Shown: piece after piece, positions 9,417 through 19,459 of the stretch
Numbering within the stretch: position 1 is the stretch's first letter
Layout of the letters: the number at the start of each line of letters is the position of its first letter
Virus record (IMG/VR): IMGVR_UViG_3300046660_000716
Span: 124,001-188,000 of that record
DNA: 64,000 nt
Direction: 5' to 3' (one strand)
Translations under genes and position numbers: made by a program
Notes under the pieces: generated by a model
Seen by the model: the letters and a program-made list of their open reading frames with translations, nothing else
Told to the model about the DNA's origin: nothing
Database searches by the model: none

Positions 9417-10451
9417 TCAGCTGGCCTCGTGCACGACGACGTCGTCGATGATCGCGGTGCCGTTGTTAGCCTGCGCCACGCGCACGACGTTGTCGTCCAG
9501 CAGGCGGAGCGTCTCCGCCTGCTTGTCGGTCAGCGCGCTGCGATCGATGGTCGGCTTCACGTAGCCGGCCAGCGCAGCCTCCTCCGCGAAGACGCGAGTG
9601 CCACCCAGCAGCGCCTTGTCGTTGAGCGCGGCCGTGCGCACGGGCATGCTGTCAAAGAGGGACACGCGGGGCGTGCGCTTGGCCAGCTCGGCCTCGTGGG
9701 CGACGCGCTCCTTGCGGTGGGCCTCGTACATGAAGCTCTGGATGGCGGCCAGGGCGGAGGCCACCAGCTCGACCTTCTCCTTGTCGTAGACCGATCCCTC
9801 GGGTAGCGACTGGAGGTAGCGGTCGGTGCCCGCGGCCGTGGTCAGGCGGCGAGTCGCCACGGACAGCGGCATGCCGTCCTCGATCAGGTTGCAGTTGGCG
9901 AAGTAATAGGCCAGGCGCAGGCGCAGCTCGTCGCGGTTGATGGTCGGGATCGCGGTGGCGAGATTCAGGGCGCCGTCGATGATGACCTGCGGGTCGACCA
10001 TCAGCCACTTGGCCTTGCGGAAGCGCTTGCGGGCCACGTTGATCAGCGGGATGGCACGGCCCGGGAACTTGAAGTCGCCGGCCTGGGGCTGGCGGTTGTT
10101 GCACACCGACAGGTCGATGACACCCGGGCGCACGGCATTCAGCTGCGCTTCCATGCGCTCGATCTGGCGCAGGCGGATCTCGGCCGCGCGGCCGGTCATC
10201 TGCGACAGCTGGACGCGCTGCTGGGCGACGGTGCGCACCATGTCGTCCACCATCGTGGCGGCCTTGGCGTTGAAGTCCTTGGCCTCGGCCTTGGACGTGT
10301 CGGCGAACACCTTCTGGTCGGCGGCTGTCAGGCCCAGGTTGTTCAGCGTGTCGGTGATCACTTCCTCGACTGTCGCGGTGGTCAGGCGGTCCTCCAGGCT
10401 CTCGTCCTGGTGGGCTTGGATCTCTTGGGCGGTGCTGGTGGCGTCGTTCAT
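9417..10451 (-). CDS. Hypothetical protein (late operon)
   Basis: MNDATSTAQE..., start overlaps the upstream stop. Confidence 0.65.
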   Translation of the reverse strand: MNDATSTAQEIQAHQDESLEDRLTTATVEEVITDTLNNLGLTAADQKVFADTSKAEAKDFNAKAATMVDDMVRTVAQQRVQLSQMTGRAAEIRLRQIERMEAQLNAVRPGVIDLSVCNNRQPQAGDFKFPGRAIPLINVARKRFRKAKWLMVDPQVIIDGALNLATAIPTINRDELRLRLAYYFANCNLIEDGMPLSVATRRLTTAAGTDRYLQSLPEGSVYDKEKVELVASALAAIQSFMYEAHRKERVAHEAELAKRTPRVSLFDSMPVRTAALNDKALLGGTRVFAEEAALAGYVKPTIDRSALTDKQAETLRLLDDNVVRVAQANNGTAIIDDVVVHEAS

Positions 10452-11260
10452 TCTGCGGTTTCCGTTTGGTTGTCGGTTTTCTTGGGTGCGTCGTTCATCC
10501 AGCGGTCCTGGAGGTTCATGCTGGTGACGGACGCGTTCTCGTCGACCAGCGCCGGCTGGCAGTAGCGCTCGGCGAAGTCGTCGTTGTTCCACACGGACGA
10601 GATGCGGGACACGAGGGAGCCGGGCGTGGCTCCGAGCATCTGGGCGCTCTCGGCGAAGTTGAAGCCCCAGTTGCCCTCGCCGCGGAGGTCCTCGATGATC
10701 TGCGGGATGCTGACCCACACGACCACGTCGTCGAAGGAGACGAACACGCGCCGGGCCTCGGCCACGGTCTGGTTCTTCTTCTCGACGACCTTGCGGTAGC
10801 TCTCGGCAAAGCGCTTGCGGGCCGACACGACGACCTGCGCCAGGAGCTCGCGCCCCAGGGCCAGGCGGTCCACGACCATGAAGCGGTAGAGCTCGAGGAC
10901 GTCGTCGTAGTATGAGCCGGAGCTCGGATCGAGGCCGACCTGCGTCAGGTCGACGTCCCACTCGTCCTGGATGCGACCGACGACGCGGGAGAGGATGCTG
11001 CGGAGGCTCGAGTCCAGCGACGCAACGACCTCGGGGCGTCCCTCGTAGCGCTGGCGGAGCACCGCCGCCGAGTCGAGGATCGGCGCGAGGTAGTCCGTGC
11101 TGGTGAAGCCCGTCTTGCCGGTCGCGAGCTGGGCTTCCAGCGCCCCGACGATCAGGGTGGTCGGCAGACCGGCAACCACCGTCTCCGGGGTGTCGTCTGG
11201 TAGCAGACCGGCGCCGGGCAGGATGTCCGATGCGTCCGTGGAGATGGCGGTGTCTTCCAT
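10448..11260 (-). CDS. Hypothetical, probably virion protein
   Basis: 270 aa; upstream AACA-N6-CG. Confidence 0.65.
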   Translation of the reverse strand: MEDTAISTDASDILPGAGLLPDDTPETVVAGLPTTLIVGALEAQLATGKTGFTSTDYLAPILDSAAVLRQRYEGRPEVVASLDSSLRSILSRVVGRIQDEWDVDLTQVGLDPSSGSYYDDVLELYRFMVVDRLALGRELLAQVVVSARKRFAESYRKVVEKKNQTVAEARRVFVSFDDVVVWVSIPQIIEDLRGEGNWGFNFAESAQMLGATPGSLVSRISSVWNNDDFAERYCQPALVDENASVTSMNLQDRWMNDAPKKTDNQTETAE

Positions 11261-11488
11261 TTGGGTTTCTCTGGTGGTGATGGGTTAGGGACTATCGTGA
11301 CTGTTCCCGCAGCGAGCAGGACTGCCACGATGACCTGTTGGGAGCCACCGTGGTGAAAAAACGTTGATCGCTCAGGGGAGGGGAACCCCTTTAGGGGGTT
11401 CCACCCCACCGCGCCGACAGCATATAATTTCTCTGACCACTCGGTCGAATCCCACCAACCACACAGAGTATCAGAAGGAGAGTACCAG

Positions 11489-11749
11489 ATGTTATCCATC
11501 GTCAAAGCACTGAAAGAACTGGCCAGCCCCAGCGCGAGCTTCTTCGAGGAGGACGTGTCCGTAGGCGGCGTGACGACCAAAATGGTCGTGCCCCGCGAGA
11601 CCGCCGAGAGCATCGAGCAGCGCCGCCAGGAGGCCATCGCGAAGATGGGCCGCAACTGGGTCGGCCACCCCGACTACATGCCGCAGTCCAAGCACTCCCA
11701 CTACCAGCACGAGTGGGCCGGCGCGCGCACCCTGCGCTACAACCACTAA
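11489..11749 (+). CDS. Hypothetical early protein
   Basis: AAGGAG RBS, CATATAAT upstream. Confidence 0.65.
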   Translation: MLSIVKALKELASPSASFFEEDVSVGGVTTKMVVPRETAESIEQRRQEAIAKMGRNWVGHPDYMPQSKHSHYQHEWAGARTLRYNH

Positions 11750-11826
11750 TTCCCCGATGGATGCGATCACCCGGCGAGGGTGCCGCATCCATATTATTTT
11801 TTCGTCGAAACTGAAAGAAAAACCCT

Positions 11827-12921
11827 ATGATCCAATCTAACACGAATCAGAATTCAGCTTTGGCGGCCCCGCTCGCCGCCCTGACGGATCACGAGAGCCG
11901 CACGTTCGGCAAGATGGCGCCCGGCGACGCCAAGGTGTTCGGCTCCTCGCTGCTGGGCGGGGACTTCGGCGACATCGACCTGGCCATCGCGTCCAACGAC
12001 ACGATGACCATGGCGTTCCTGCTGGCGACGGCGGCCTCCACGCGCATTCACCCCGTGCACATCCGCCAGACTTGCTACGAAGAACTCCAGGACTACATCT
12101 CGTGGCGCAACCTGTGCGCGACCTCGGACCTCCGGGGCGAGATGAAGATCAGCGCACTGTACATCGACAGCAAAACGCTGGTGTTCAACCCGAAGTCGAA
12201 GACTCTCTTCCCAGACTTTCACACCGTCATGCGCGCCGCGAAGAAGCTCGAGCAGCGCGGATACACCATGGGCACGGGCGAGCGCTGGCGCGCCGAGTGG
12301 CATCTGACCGGAGACCTGGAGGCGCTAGCATCCGTGTGCTACGCGGCGACCGGTCCTGCCCTAGCTAAGCGCATGTCCGACAACCGCGCCATCGTGGCCG
12401 GCGGCTTCCTCCGCGATGAGGCCCAGGGCGTCGCGCCGAAGGACATGGACATCTTCACCCACACCGAGCAGGAGTGGAACGCTATGTGCGAGGCCATGCT
12501 CGACCTCGGCTTCGAGGAAATTACGTTCGACATACCGCCTGGCAAGCGCGTGAATCTGCGGAAGTTCCGTGCAGCCAGCCCGCTGCACGGACACGAGTGT
12601 CTGGTCTACGACGTCATCAACTACGATTTCGTGAGCAGCAAGGAGCATATCGTCGAGACGTTCGATTTCCGGCACAACATGGTCTGGTGGGACCCGGCCT
12701 CCCACGAGGTCCGCGGCCCGACGGCGTCGTTCGGTGGCATCCAGGCGGCAATGGAGGACATTCGCCTGAAGCGCCTCGTCGTCGGTGACAACCTGTGGTA
12801 CCGCGCCGGGCTGGCGCGCGCCCTGATGCGCTGGCAGCGCTTCCGCCGCGAGGGCTACACCGCCGACGAGGCGAACGTCCGCAAGTACCAGGAATACGTC
12901 AAGCTCTTCCAGGGCAAGTGA
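11827..12921 (+). CDS. tRNA nucleotidyltransferase/poly(A) polymerase-like protein
   Basis: IVAGGFLRD...PKDMDIF motif and FDF motif of class II pol-beta nucleotidyltransferases; extra N-terminal domain. Confidence 0.7.
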   Translation: MIQSNTNQNSALAAPLAALTDHESRTFGKMAPGDAKVFGSSLLGGDFGDIDLAIASNDTMTMAFLLATAASTRIHPVHIRQTCYEELQDYISWRNLCATSDLRGEMKISALYIDSKTLVFNPKSKTLFPDFHTVMRAAKKLEQRGYTMGTGERWRAEWHLTGDLEALASVCYAATGPALAKRMSDNRAIVAGGFLRDEAQGVAPKDMDIFTHTEQEWNAMCEAMLDLGFEEITFDIPPGKRVNLRKFRAASPLHGHECLVYDVINYDFVSSKEHIVETFDFRHNMVWWDPASHEVRGPTASFGGIQAAMEDIRLKRLVVGDNLWYRAGLARALMRWQRFRREGYTADEANVRKYQEYVKLFQGK

Positions 12922-12978
12922 CAGATCAGCCCCCTATCCCGCGAGGGGTAGGGGCGAAGCAGCACAGAAAGGGAACCA

Positions 12979-13968
12979 ATGAAGTTTCACTCGGACAACA
13001 TCAAAGCCACGTCCGGCCAGCTGGCCGTGCACAACCTCAACTTCTTCACCCACGGCGATGGGATGACGCGGGAGGAATCTTTCCGCGAGGCCATGCGGCG
13101 TGCGGCGCTCCTAGCTGACGAGGCATACCAGCACTATGCGAAATTCCGGGAAAACCGCAGCCTGGCTCAGATGATCGACAACTATGGGCACCCGCTCCTG
13201 CTCATCGCCGTCCCGCGCATAGCATGCATGGGCGATCATGTGTACAAGCTGGAAGGCGGCATCATGCTGTGGAGCGAGCACCTGTTCCGCCAGGGTGCCA
13301 TCTTTTCGGTCGAGGGCAATGACATCAATTTCATCACGCCGGATCTGATCGAGCCGGCGACAACGGTTGAAGCCGACTTCAACCGCCTCGCATTTGACAC
13401 CTACAACCAGACACCGCTGATCGACGTGGACCGCGAGGTTCTGGAAGAGCTGGATGTGGCCGTCGACTTCGCCCAGCTGCAGAATCCACGGGACGATAGC
13501 TTGTACGACGGCGACGTCGACATGGTCCACTACCTGAGCGTCTACGCCCCGAATGCAGCGAGCGTCGCGCGGCGCAAGCGCGTCTACGCCATATCGAAGG
13601 GCGAGCCAAAAGATGACGAAGGCTTCGACACGACGTTCTTTGACTCGTTGATGGCAATCAACGATTGGAACAGTCTGACGCACTTCGACCACTTCCTCAT
13701 CGAGCTGACGGGGCCGAACGCCATCTTCTCGTACGTGGCGATTGAGTACATGTCGGGACACGTGCTCCCGGCTAAGCAGTTCACAGACCAGCAAGCGATG
13801 GGCACGCCCGGAATCACCTCCGACGGCAGCTTCATGTCCATGGCCAACGCATTCACGGCGCTATTCGACAATAGCAACGTCGAGCAACTGAACGTCACGG
13901 GTGGCCTGCAGCGCTGCCATCTCGACGAACTGCGCCGGGCCGCGGGCTTCTCCCGCAAGCTATCCTAA
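12979..13968 (+). CDS. Hypothetical protein, paralog 1
   Basis: 329 aa, clearly similar to 14014-15057. Confidence 0.8.
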   Translation: MKFHSDNIKATSGQLAVHNLNFFTHGDGMTREESFREAMRRAALLADEAYQHYAKFRENRSLAQMIDNYGHPLLLIAVPRIACMGDHVYKLEGGIMLWSEHLFRQGAIFSVEGNDINFITPDLIEPATTVEADFNRLAFDTYNQTPLIDVDREVLEELDVAVDFAQLQNPRDDSLYDGDVDMVHYLSVYAPNAASVARRKRVYAISKGEPKDDEGFDTTFFDSLMAINDWNSLTHFDHFLIELTGPNAIFSYVAIEYMSGHVLPAKQFTDQQAMGTPGITSDGSFMSMANAFTALFDNSNVEQLNVTGGLQRCHLDELRRAAGFSRKLS

Positions 13969-14013
13969 ACCGATATCATACAACCGCATCCACAACCAAC
14001 AAAGGAGATCCAC

Positions 14014-15057
14014 ATGAAACGCTTCTCGGACAACATCATCGCCACGGCCGGCCCTGTTCCGGTTCAGAACCTCAACGCCTTCGTCGCCGTCCCGGGCGAG
14101 AGCGATTACGCATCGTTCGCCCGCGCGATGTCGCGCGCTGCCACCGGCATTGGCCTCGCGCTCGCCGAGGAAACTCGCTACAGTAACGAGATCCACCAAG
14201 CATCCGTCGCCCTGCTCTCCGCACCGCGCATCTCGCCGCTGGGAAACGGCCAGTACCGCATCGACGGCGGCCTGTTCTTCTGGAACGGTATGCAGTTCGA
14301 CAAGGGCGCCGAATTCAGCGTGTCGCAAGCCAACGGCATGCAGATCTTGACCCCGGACCTGGTCCATCGCGCCGCGCTGGTACCGGCCGCATTCAACGAG
14401 ATGAAATACGATACCTATAACGCCAGCCCGCTCGATGAGATCGAAGACCAGGTGCTGTCCGAACTGGATGTCACCATCGACCGCGCGAAAGTGCAGGAGC
14501 TAACGGATCCGGAAGGCGATGGCGATTACATCGAATTCAGCATGGTCAAGTACATGAGCATCTACGCGCCGTCGCTGTCCTCGGCAACCGAAGGTCGCGC
14601 GATCGCTCTGGCGAGCAACGGCGGATCCTACGCCTCGTCCCAAAGCGAAGTTTCGAACCAGCAGCTTACGCACGATCCCGAGGACACGTCCTACCTCCAG
14701 CATCTCCTGGATGCGCGCATCCACTATGACGAGTTCATGGTGCAGTTCATCGACAAGGCAAATCCATTCGCGTACGTCACCATGGAAGTCGTCCGCGATG
14801 CCAAGGTGGATGTGATCGGCTCGGCGCCTGACGGCCTACCCGACGGCACTGGCGTGTTCACGACCGATGCGGGAAGCACGGACGGCACCGACACGAAGGT
14901 ATCGTTCTACGACGGCAACGCCGTGCTGTTTGCCGACAATGCCGTGCCGGTGACCCGTACGACCCACGGCCATACCTACACCGGCCCGGAAGTTGTCGAA
15001 GACTGGAAGGCCCGTGCCGCAACCCTGCAGCAGATCGCCGACGAGCTGAGCGCTTGA
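14014..15057 (+). CDS. Hypothetical protein, paralog 2
   Basis: 347 aa; AAGGAG RBS; GATATCAT upstream. Confidence 0.8.
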   Translation: MKRFSDNIIATAGPVPVQNLNAFVAVPGESDYASFARAMSRAATGIGLALAEETRYSNEIHQASVALLSAPRISPLGNGQYRIDGGLFFWNGMQFDKGAEFSVSQANGMQILTPDLVHRAALVPAAFNEMKYDTYNASPLDEIEDQVLSELDVTIDRAKVQELTDPEGDGDYIEFSMVKYMSIYAPSLSSATEGRAIALASNGGSYASSQSEVSNQQLTHDPEDTSYLQHLLDARIHYDEFMVQFIDKANPFAYVTMEVVRDAKVDVIGSAPDGLPDGTGVFTTDAGSTDGTDTKVSFYDGNAVLFADNAVPVTRTTHGHTYTGPEVVEDWKARAATLQQIADELSA

Positions 15058-15281
15058 CGATGGGTGCCGGTCAAATGGCACTCTACAAGGACACCTTCGT
15101 GGCCAAGGGCAGCGAGCTCGAGGCTGCCATCGCGAAGGGTCCAGACGAGGCCAAGAAGGTTTACGACGAGACCACCAGGCGCTACGAGGCGCAGTACTCG
15201 CAGGCCGACCGCGACTGGTTCTGGACTCACCAGAAGGACGCGATCGCAACTTACAAACGAACGAAAGGTAGCGCACAATGA
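15054..15281 (+). CDS. Hypothetical protein
   Basis: Coupled ORF with typical codon use. Confidence 0.6.
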   Translation: MTMGAGQMALYKDTFVAKGSELEAAIAKGPDEAKKVYDETTRRYEAQYSQADRDWFWTHQKDAIATYKRTKGSAQ

Positions 15282-15823
15282 GCAGCGACATGACCACCCA
15301 GGCAGACAACCTGAACCTGCAGGAGCTCCTGCGGAAGAAATTGTCCGACCAGATCAAGAGCGGCTTCGTCAACCTGATCCCGGACGAAGCGTTCGAGAAG
15401 ATGATCGGCGCAGCCATGGACGACTTCATGCACGGTCCGCGCAACAAGCGCTTCAAGATGACTACCGAGTGGCTGGAGGAGGACGATCCGCGCAACACGC
15501 TCGGCCGCACCGGAAACGTCCAGGTCGAGACCCCGTTCGTGGACCCGACCTACGACGTGATGCGCGATCCGAACACGCTGCCCGGCATGATCATGGCCGA
15601 GCTGCACGCCCTGGCGAAGGCCGACCTGATCAAGACGATCAGCCAGGACCCGATCTTCCAGCAGAAGTACGTCGACGGCCAGTACGTGACCGACGCGCTG
15701 AAGGGCATCGTGACCGACAACCCTGGTCCGTTCATGGAGGCGCTGGTCGGCGGCATCATCTCGCGCTCCATGATGAACTTCATGAATGAGATGCGCAACA
15801 GCAGCGGTCGCCTCTATGGATAA
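15278..15823 (+). CDS. Hypothetical protein
   Basis: 181 aa, ATGA overlap. Confidence 0.7.
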   Translation: MSSDMTTQADNLNLQELLRKKLSDQIKSGFVNLIPDEAFEKMIGAAMDDFMHGPRNKRFKMTTEWLEEDDPRNTLGRTGNVQVETPFVDPTYDVMRDPNTLPGMIMAELHALAKADLIKTISQDPIFQQKYVDGQYVTDALKGIVTDNPGPFMEALVGGIISRSMMNFMNEMRNSSGRLYG

Positions 15824-16235
15824 GCCGCTCAAGCTTGAGCGCGGTCTGCGGCCGGCCAAACCCATCGCCGGTCAGATGGCCCGCATAGACGGCGTGATGT
15901 CCTACTACTCGCTCACGGGCGAGTGGGTGCCGTTCCCGACCTACGAGTGGCATCCGTCGGATGCCATTCCGCCTGGCATGGACGAGAACGGCGGCGGAAG
16001 GTCCTCCGAGCTGCTGCTCGAGCTGAGCGACGGTGTGATTCGCCGTGGAACGGTTCACTTCCACCGCGGCAGCGTTCACAGCTGGTTCATTGTCGTCGGC
16101 GGGCACTCGTACCACATCGGATGCGATGTCGCGAACGGCGCCACGGTGAAGCGCTGGCGTCAGGTGCCGGAACCGCGCGACCTCGCCGCCATCCTCGACA
16201 TCCACGCCCAGTGGATGAACCAACAAGCAACCTAA
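15816..16235 (+). CDS. Hypothetical protein
   Basis: MDKPLKLERG..., overlaps the upstream stop. Confidence 0.55.
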   Translation: MDKPLKLERGLRPAKPIAGQMARIDGVMSYYSLTGEWVPFPTYEWHPSDAIPPGMDENGGGRSSELLLELSDGVIRRGTVHFHRGSVHSWFIVVGGHSYHIGCDVANGATVKRWRQVPEPRDLAAILDIHAQWMNQQAT

Positions 16236-16246
16236 CAGGAAACGAC

Positions 16247-16432
16247 ATGAATAACACCAACACCGACACCGCGCAAGCAGCGGAGGTCAAGACCGATGGT
16301 GCCGCCGACGATCCAAAGGCCCATCAGTACACCCCGGCGCAGCTCGAGATTATCGAGGGGCAACGCCGCTACCACGAGGCATGCCGCCACGCGCGACAGT
16401 TCAACTACGCCTCCCCACAACACTATTTCTGA
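16247..16432 (+). CDS. Hypothetical protein
   Basis: AGGA RBS, MNNTNTDT... Confidence 0.5.
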   Translation: MNNTNTDTAQAAEVKTDGAADDPKAHQYTPAQLEIIEGQRRYHEACRHARQFNYASPQHYF

Positions 16433-16443
16433 GGTGCCCAGCC

Positions 16444-17394
16444 ATGGCCAAATGGACAACGACTGAGCTCGCGCAGTACGAACGCGATCGCCTCGCGTCG
16501 ATCGGCTCGAAGAAGGATCCGATGCTCTTCCAGGCGATGCGGTCGGCCGCCCCCAGCGAGCGCACACAGAACCGCACGGTGATCGTGAACTACGCGGACG
16601 AGACGACCCGCTTCGGCTGCCGGTTCGACTGCTCGTTCTGCTCCTGGAAGGAGCGCGCAGAGGAGCAGGGCGACATTTATCCAACCCGCGACGGACTGCA
16701 GTCCTTCCTGAAAGGGTTCGAGGGCTACAAGGTCACGCTGTCGGGCGGCGGCGATCCGCTGTACGACCTGGACCGGAACGGTACGCGTCTGCGCACGCTG
16801 GTCGACTGGATCCACGAGCTCGGCTTCCTGGTAGAGGTCGTGACCAAGGAGACCCGCAACGTGGCCATGTCCTTCGGGATGGCGGCGCCTCGGTACATCC
16901 CAATCGCGAGCGATGCTGCCAGGGCGGTGCCGACCGCACCGCTCGACGGGCGCAGCGCGCTACGCGAGATCGACATGTGGAGCTTCAGCTACGAGGTGGC
17001 CAACAACGGCGCCATGCACGAGGTGTCCAGCGTCGCGATCGACCGTCCGGTGCGCGTGTCGAAGGTCGTCAGCCCCGGCATCGCCCGCAAGGACGAGCGC
17101 ACGCGGACGCCCGGTCGCTTCCTGTGCGACTACGTGGAGAACTTCTCGGATGCCGGCGCCTACCAGGTCCTGCTCCGCGAGGACTTCAATGTGGCCGTTG
17201 GGGAACCGCTGTCCAGGGAGGATGCCGCCAGCGTGGTCAGAGCGCTCGACGGCTCGCTCCGGCCCGAGTGGCACCGCACGCGGGGTGCCGGCTACGCCCG
17301 CTACCTGCTCAACAAGGTCTGCAGCAACAACCTCTTCCTCATCGGCAGCGACACCTTCATCGGCGACGCGGCGCTCGGCGGGGTGGCGAAATGA
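16444..17394 (+). CDS. Radical SAM protein
   Basis: CRFDCSFC (CxxxCxxC) and VTLSGGGDPL motifs; GAGG RBS before MAKW. Confidence 0.8.
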   Translation: MAKWTTTELAQYERDRLASIGSKKDPMLFQAMRSAAPSERTQNRTVIVNYADETTRFGCRFDCSFCSWKERAEEQGDIYPTRDGLQSFLKGFEGYKVTLSGGGDPLYDLDRNGTRLRTLVDWIHELGFLVEVVTKETRNVAMSFGMAAPRYIPIASDAARAVPTAPLDGRSALREIDMWSFSYEVANNGAMHEVSSVAIDRPVRVSKVVSPGIARKDERTRTPGRFLCDYVENFSDAGAYQVLLREDFNVAVGEPLSREDAASVVRALDGSLRPEWHRTRGAGYARYLLNKVCSNNLFLIGSDTFIGDAALGGVAK

Positions 17395-17588
17395 GCGAGC
17401 TCAGGACGCTGGAGGTGGCGGAGGAGATGCGCTTCGGTATGGTCGACCGCGCGGATCCTCCGCTGAACTACATCAAAGCCCTGGAGATCATGCTCCAGGC
17501 GATCAAGGATGCCGGCATCGAGCTGCCGTCCTTCCCGGACCAATACCAACCCAAGGAGCAAAGAAATGATTCGAATCAGCCACAGTGA
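17391..17588 (+). CDS. Hypothetical protein
   Basis: MSELRTLEV..., ATGA overlap. Confidence 0.55.
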   Translation: MSELRTLEVAEEMRFGMVDRADPPLNYIKALEIMLQAIKDAGIELPSFPDQYQPKEQRNDSNQPQ

Positions 17589-17892
17589 CCTGGACTTCCA
17601 GAAGACCGACGACAGCGGCAGCCTGGCCACCGGCACCGCGCTGCTCGCCACGATGGCCATCGGCCCCCACCGCTACCACGTCGAGGCGTACGCGGTCACC
17701 GGCATCGCGCGCGAGGACGACGCGGACGGCCACGCCGCCGAGGGCGTCGCCGCGTCCTACGGCCTGGTCACGGTGGACCCGAGCCTGCAAGAAAAGCTGG
17801 ACGCCGTGTGCACCCTGGTCGGCGCGAAGCCGCAAACGACCCAGATCGACGGGCGCGAGTACGTCCTGGCGGTCTTCCCCTTCTCGCCATGA
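17566..17892 (+). CDS. Hypothetical protein
   Basis: AAGGAG RBS, MIRISHSD... Confidence 0.6.
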   Translation: MIRISHSDLDFQKTDDSGSLATGTALLATMAIGPHRYHVEAYAVTGIAREDDADGHAAEGVAASYGLVTVDPSLQEKLDAVCTLVGAKPQTTQIDGREYVLAVFPFSP

Positions 17893-18416
17893 TCAAGAAG
17901 GCTAGGCCGCCGCGTCCGGGTGTTATGACCGAGGCGCAAAGCAAGGCGGCCGGGATCATGTCGGTGGCCGAGCGCGCGCAGACGTACGGCACCCGCACGA
18001 GCTACGAGCTGGAGGATGCGTTTCGAGTTCTCCTGCGGCCCACTTCAGCTCCAGACCCGAGCATGCCGATCAAGACAGTATCCGTGAAGCGCCGCGACTT
18101 TGCCGTCCTGGCTGACATCAGCCGCCTCGCCGCAGTGATGGAAGGCGTAGCCCAGGATGCCGGGTACAATCTGGCGTTCTACGGCAGCACGGTGCGCAAC
18201 GGCGAGGGCCGCGACATCGACGTGATGGCGGTGTCGTGGAGGGAGTACCCGAGTCGCGATCTGCTCCTGGAATACTTCGAACAGCGCGGCTACGCTAAGG
18301 CGTCCTCGTGGGCCGTCAGCGCTGTTCTCAACAAGCACACCATCCTGCTAAGGGAGGTCTCTACGGGCCTGATACTGGATCTGGTGGTCATAGACTGCGA
18401 GGTAAGAAAATGGTAA
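17889..18416 (+). CDS. Minimal nucleotidyltransferase-like protein
   Basis: LAFYGS...RDIDVMAV (hG[GS]x7-9DxD) plus a distal LILDL. Confidence 0.55.
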   Translation: MIKKARPPRPGVMTEAQSKAAGIMSVAERAQTYGTRTSYELEDAFRVLLRPTSAPDPSMPIKTVSVKRRDFAVLADISRLAAVMEGVAQDAGYNLAFYGSTVRNGEGRDIDVMAVSWREYPSRDLLLEYFEQRGYAKASSWAVSAVLNKHTILLREVSTGLILDLVVIDCEVRKW

Positions 18417-19264
18417 CAGCACTACAGCGCGAGGGAAGCCTGCGCCCGCTCTTCGTGAGGGAGGGCTTCATTATCTGCTGGCAGGCACTTCCCGACTACG
18501 AAGACTACGACCGGGCGTACGCGGGCCGCTCGATGAAACTGTCCGAGCACCGCGCCCAGATGGCGGAGGTTTTCGCGGGCGAAACCCACCTCTTCGTCTC
18601 CGAAGTGAGCGCCTGGAAGCACGGGCGCCTCTTCGGGCGCGCAACCATTTCCGGCTGCTTCTGGCAGACCCCGGAGGCGTTCATCACGGAGTCGCCGTAC
18701 TTCGAGCAGATGGTCGAAGAAGCGCTCGTGGAGGCCCGCATGGACGAGCCCGAGCAGGCGCCTACGTGCGGCAGCGTGTGCGACGAGATGGGCGACAAGC
18801 CGTTCGAGATGAACGACATGCAGAAGCGCGCGGTCGAAGTGGCCCAGGAGTTCTTGCACAACGACGACAGGCGCGATCTGTCCGGCCTCCACAGCATCCG
18901 CATCAAGGGCGAGATGATGACGCGCGGCGGAGTGGCCGACCTGCTGAAGGTGGCATTCACCGGCCGCTTCAAGGACAACACCAACACCAGGGAACCACGA
19001 AACATGACTGAATCGAACGACGAGCGCAGCCCCGAGGGCACGGCCGAGCACGACCTGCAGCAGGCCATGCGAGGGCACGACTGGCACTACGCCCGCGCCG
19101 AGGACCGGACGGTCGTCCGCGAGGGCACCGACCGCCACAAGCGCATCAACTATCTGTACAAGCAGCTCGTGGCGCTGGTGGGGACGGCCAAGGCCGTCGA
19201 GGTCTGGAACGAGCTTGCGCCCGAGGACTTCAAGCGCCCCGTGCCGACGGGCGAGGCTTCCTGA
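18410..19264 (+). CDS. Hypothetical multi-module protein
   Basis: GAGG RBS, MVTALQREG...; internal Met codons have RBS-like sequences. Confidence 0.6.
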   Translation: MVTALQREGSLRPLFVREGFIICWQALPDYEDYDRAYAGRSMKLSEHRAQMAEVFAGETHLFVSEVSAWKHGRLFGRATISGCFWQTPEAFITESPYFEQMVEEALVEARMDEPEQAPTCGSVCDEMGDKPFEMNDMQKRAVEVAQEFLHNDDRRDLSGLHSIRIKGEMMTRGGVADLLKVAFTGRFKDNTNTREPRNMTESNDERSPEGTAEHDLQQAMRGHDWHYARAEDRTVVREGTDRHKRINYLYKQLVALVGTAKAVEVWNELAPEDFKRPVPTGEAS

Positions 19265-19459
19265 CACGCATCGGAAAGTTAATTTCCGTAACGCCCTCCA
19301 ATGTTGACTCCTTAATATTCTCATGAGAAGAACCGCACGACGGTGCGGGCGCCTCTTCTTCTCCGCCCCGGCGTTTGCACACCGGAACCAGGCGGAGAAC
19401 CAACAACAGCCTGCCGATCCTGATCCGATCGGAATGCAACTGGCAGTGAGAAGGAGATC

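Noticed and set aside
12979-15057. Possible chimallin/nuclear shell or PhuZ genes
   Set aside because: No tubulin motif and no size or sequence support; nucleus formation cannot be judged from this window.
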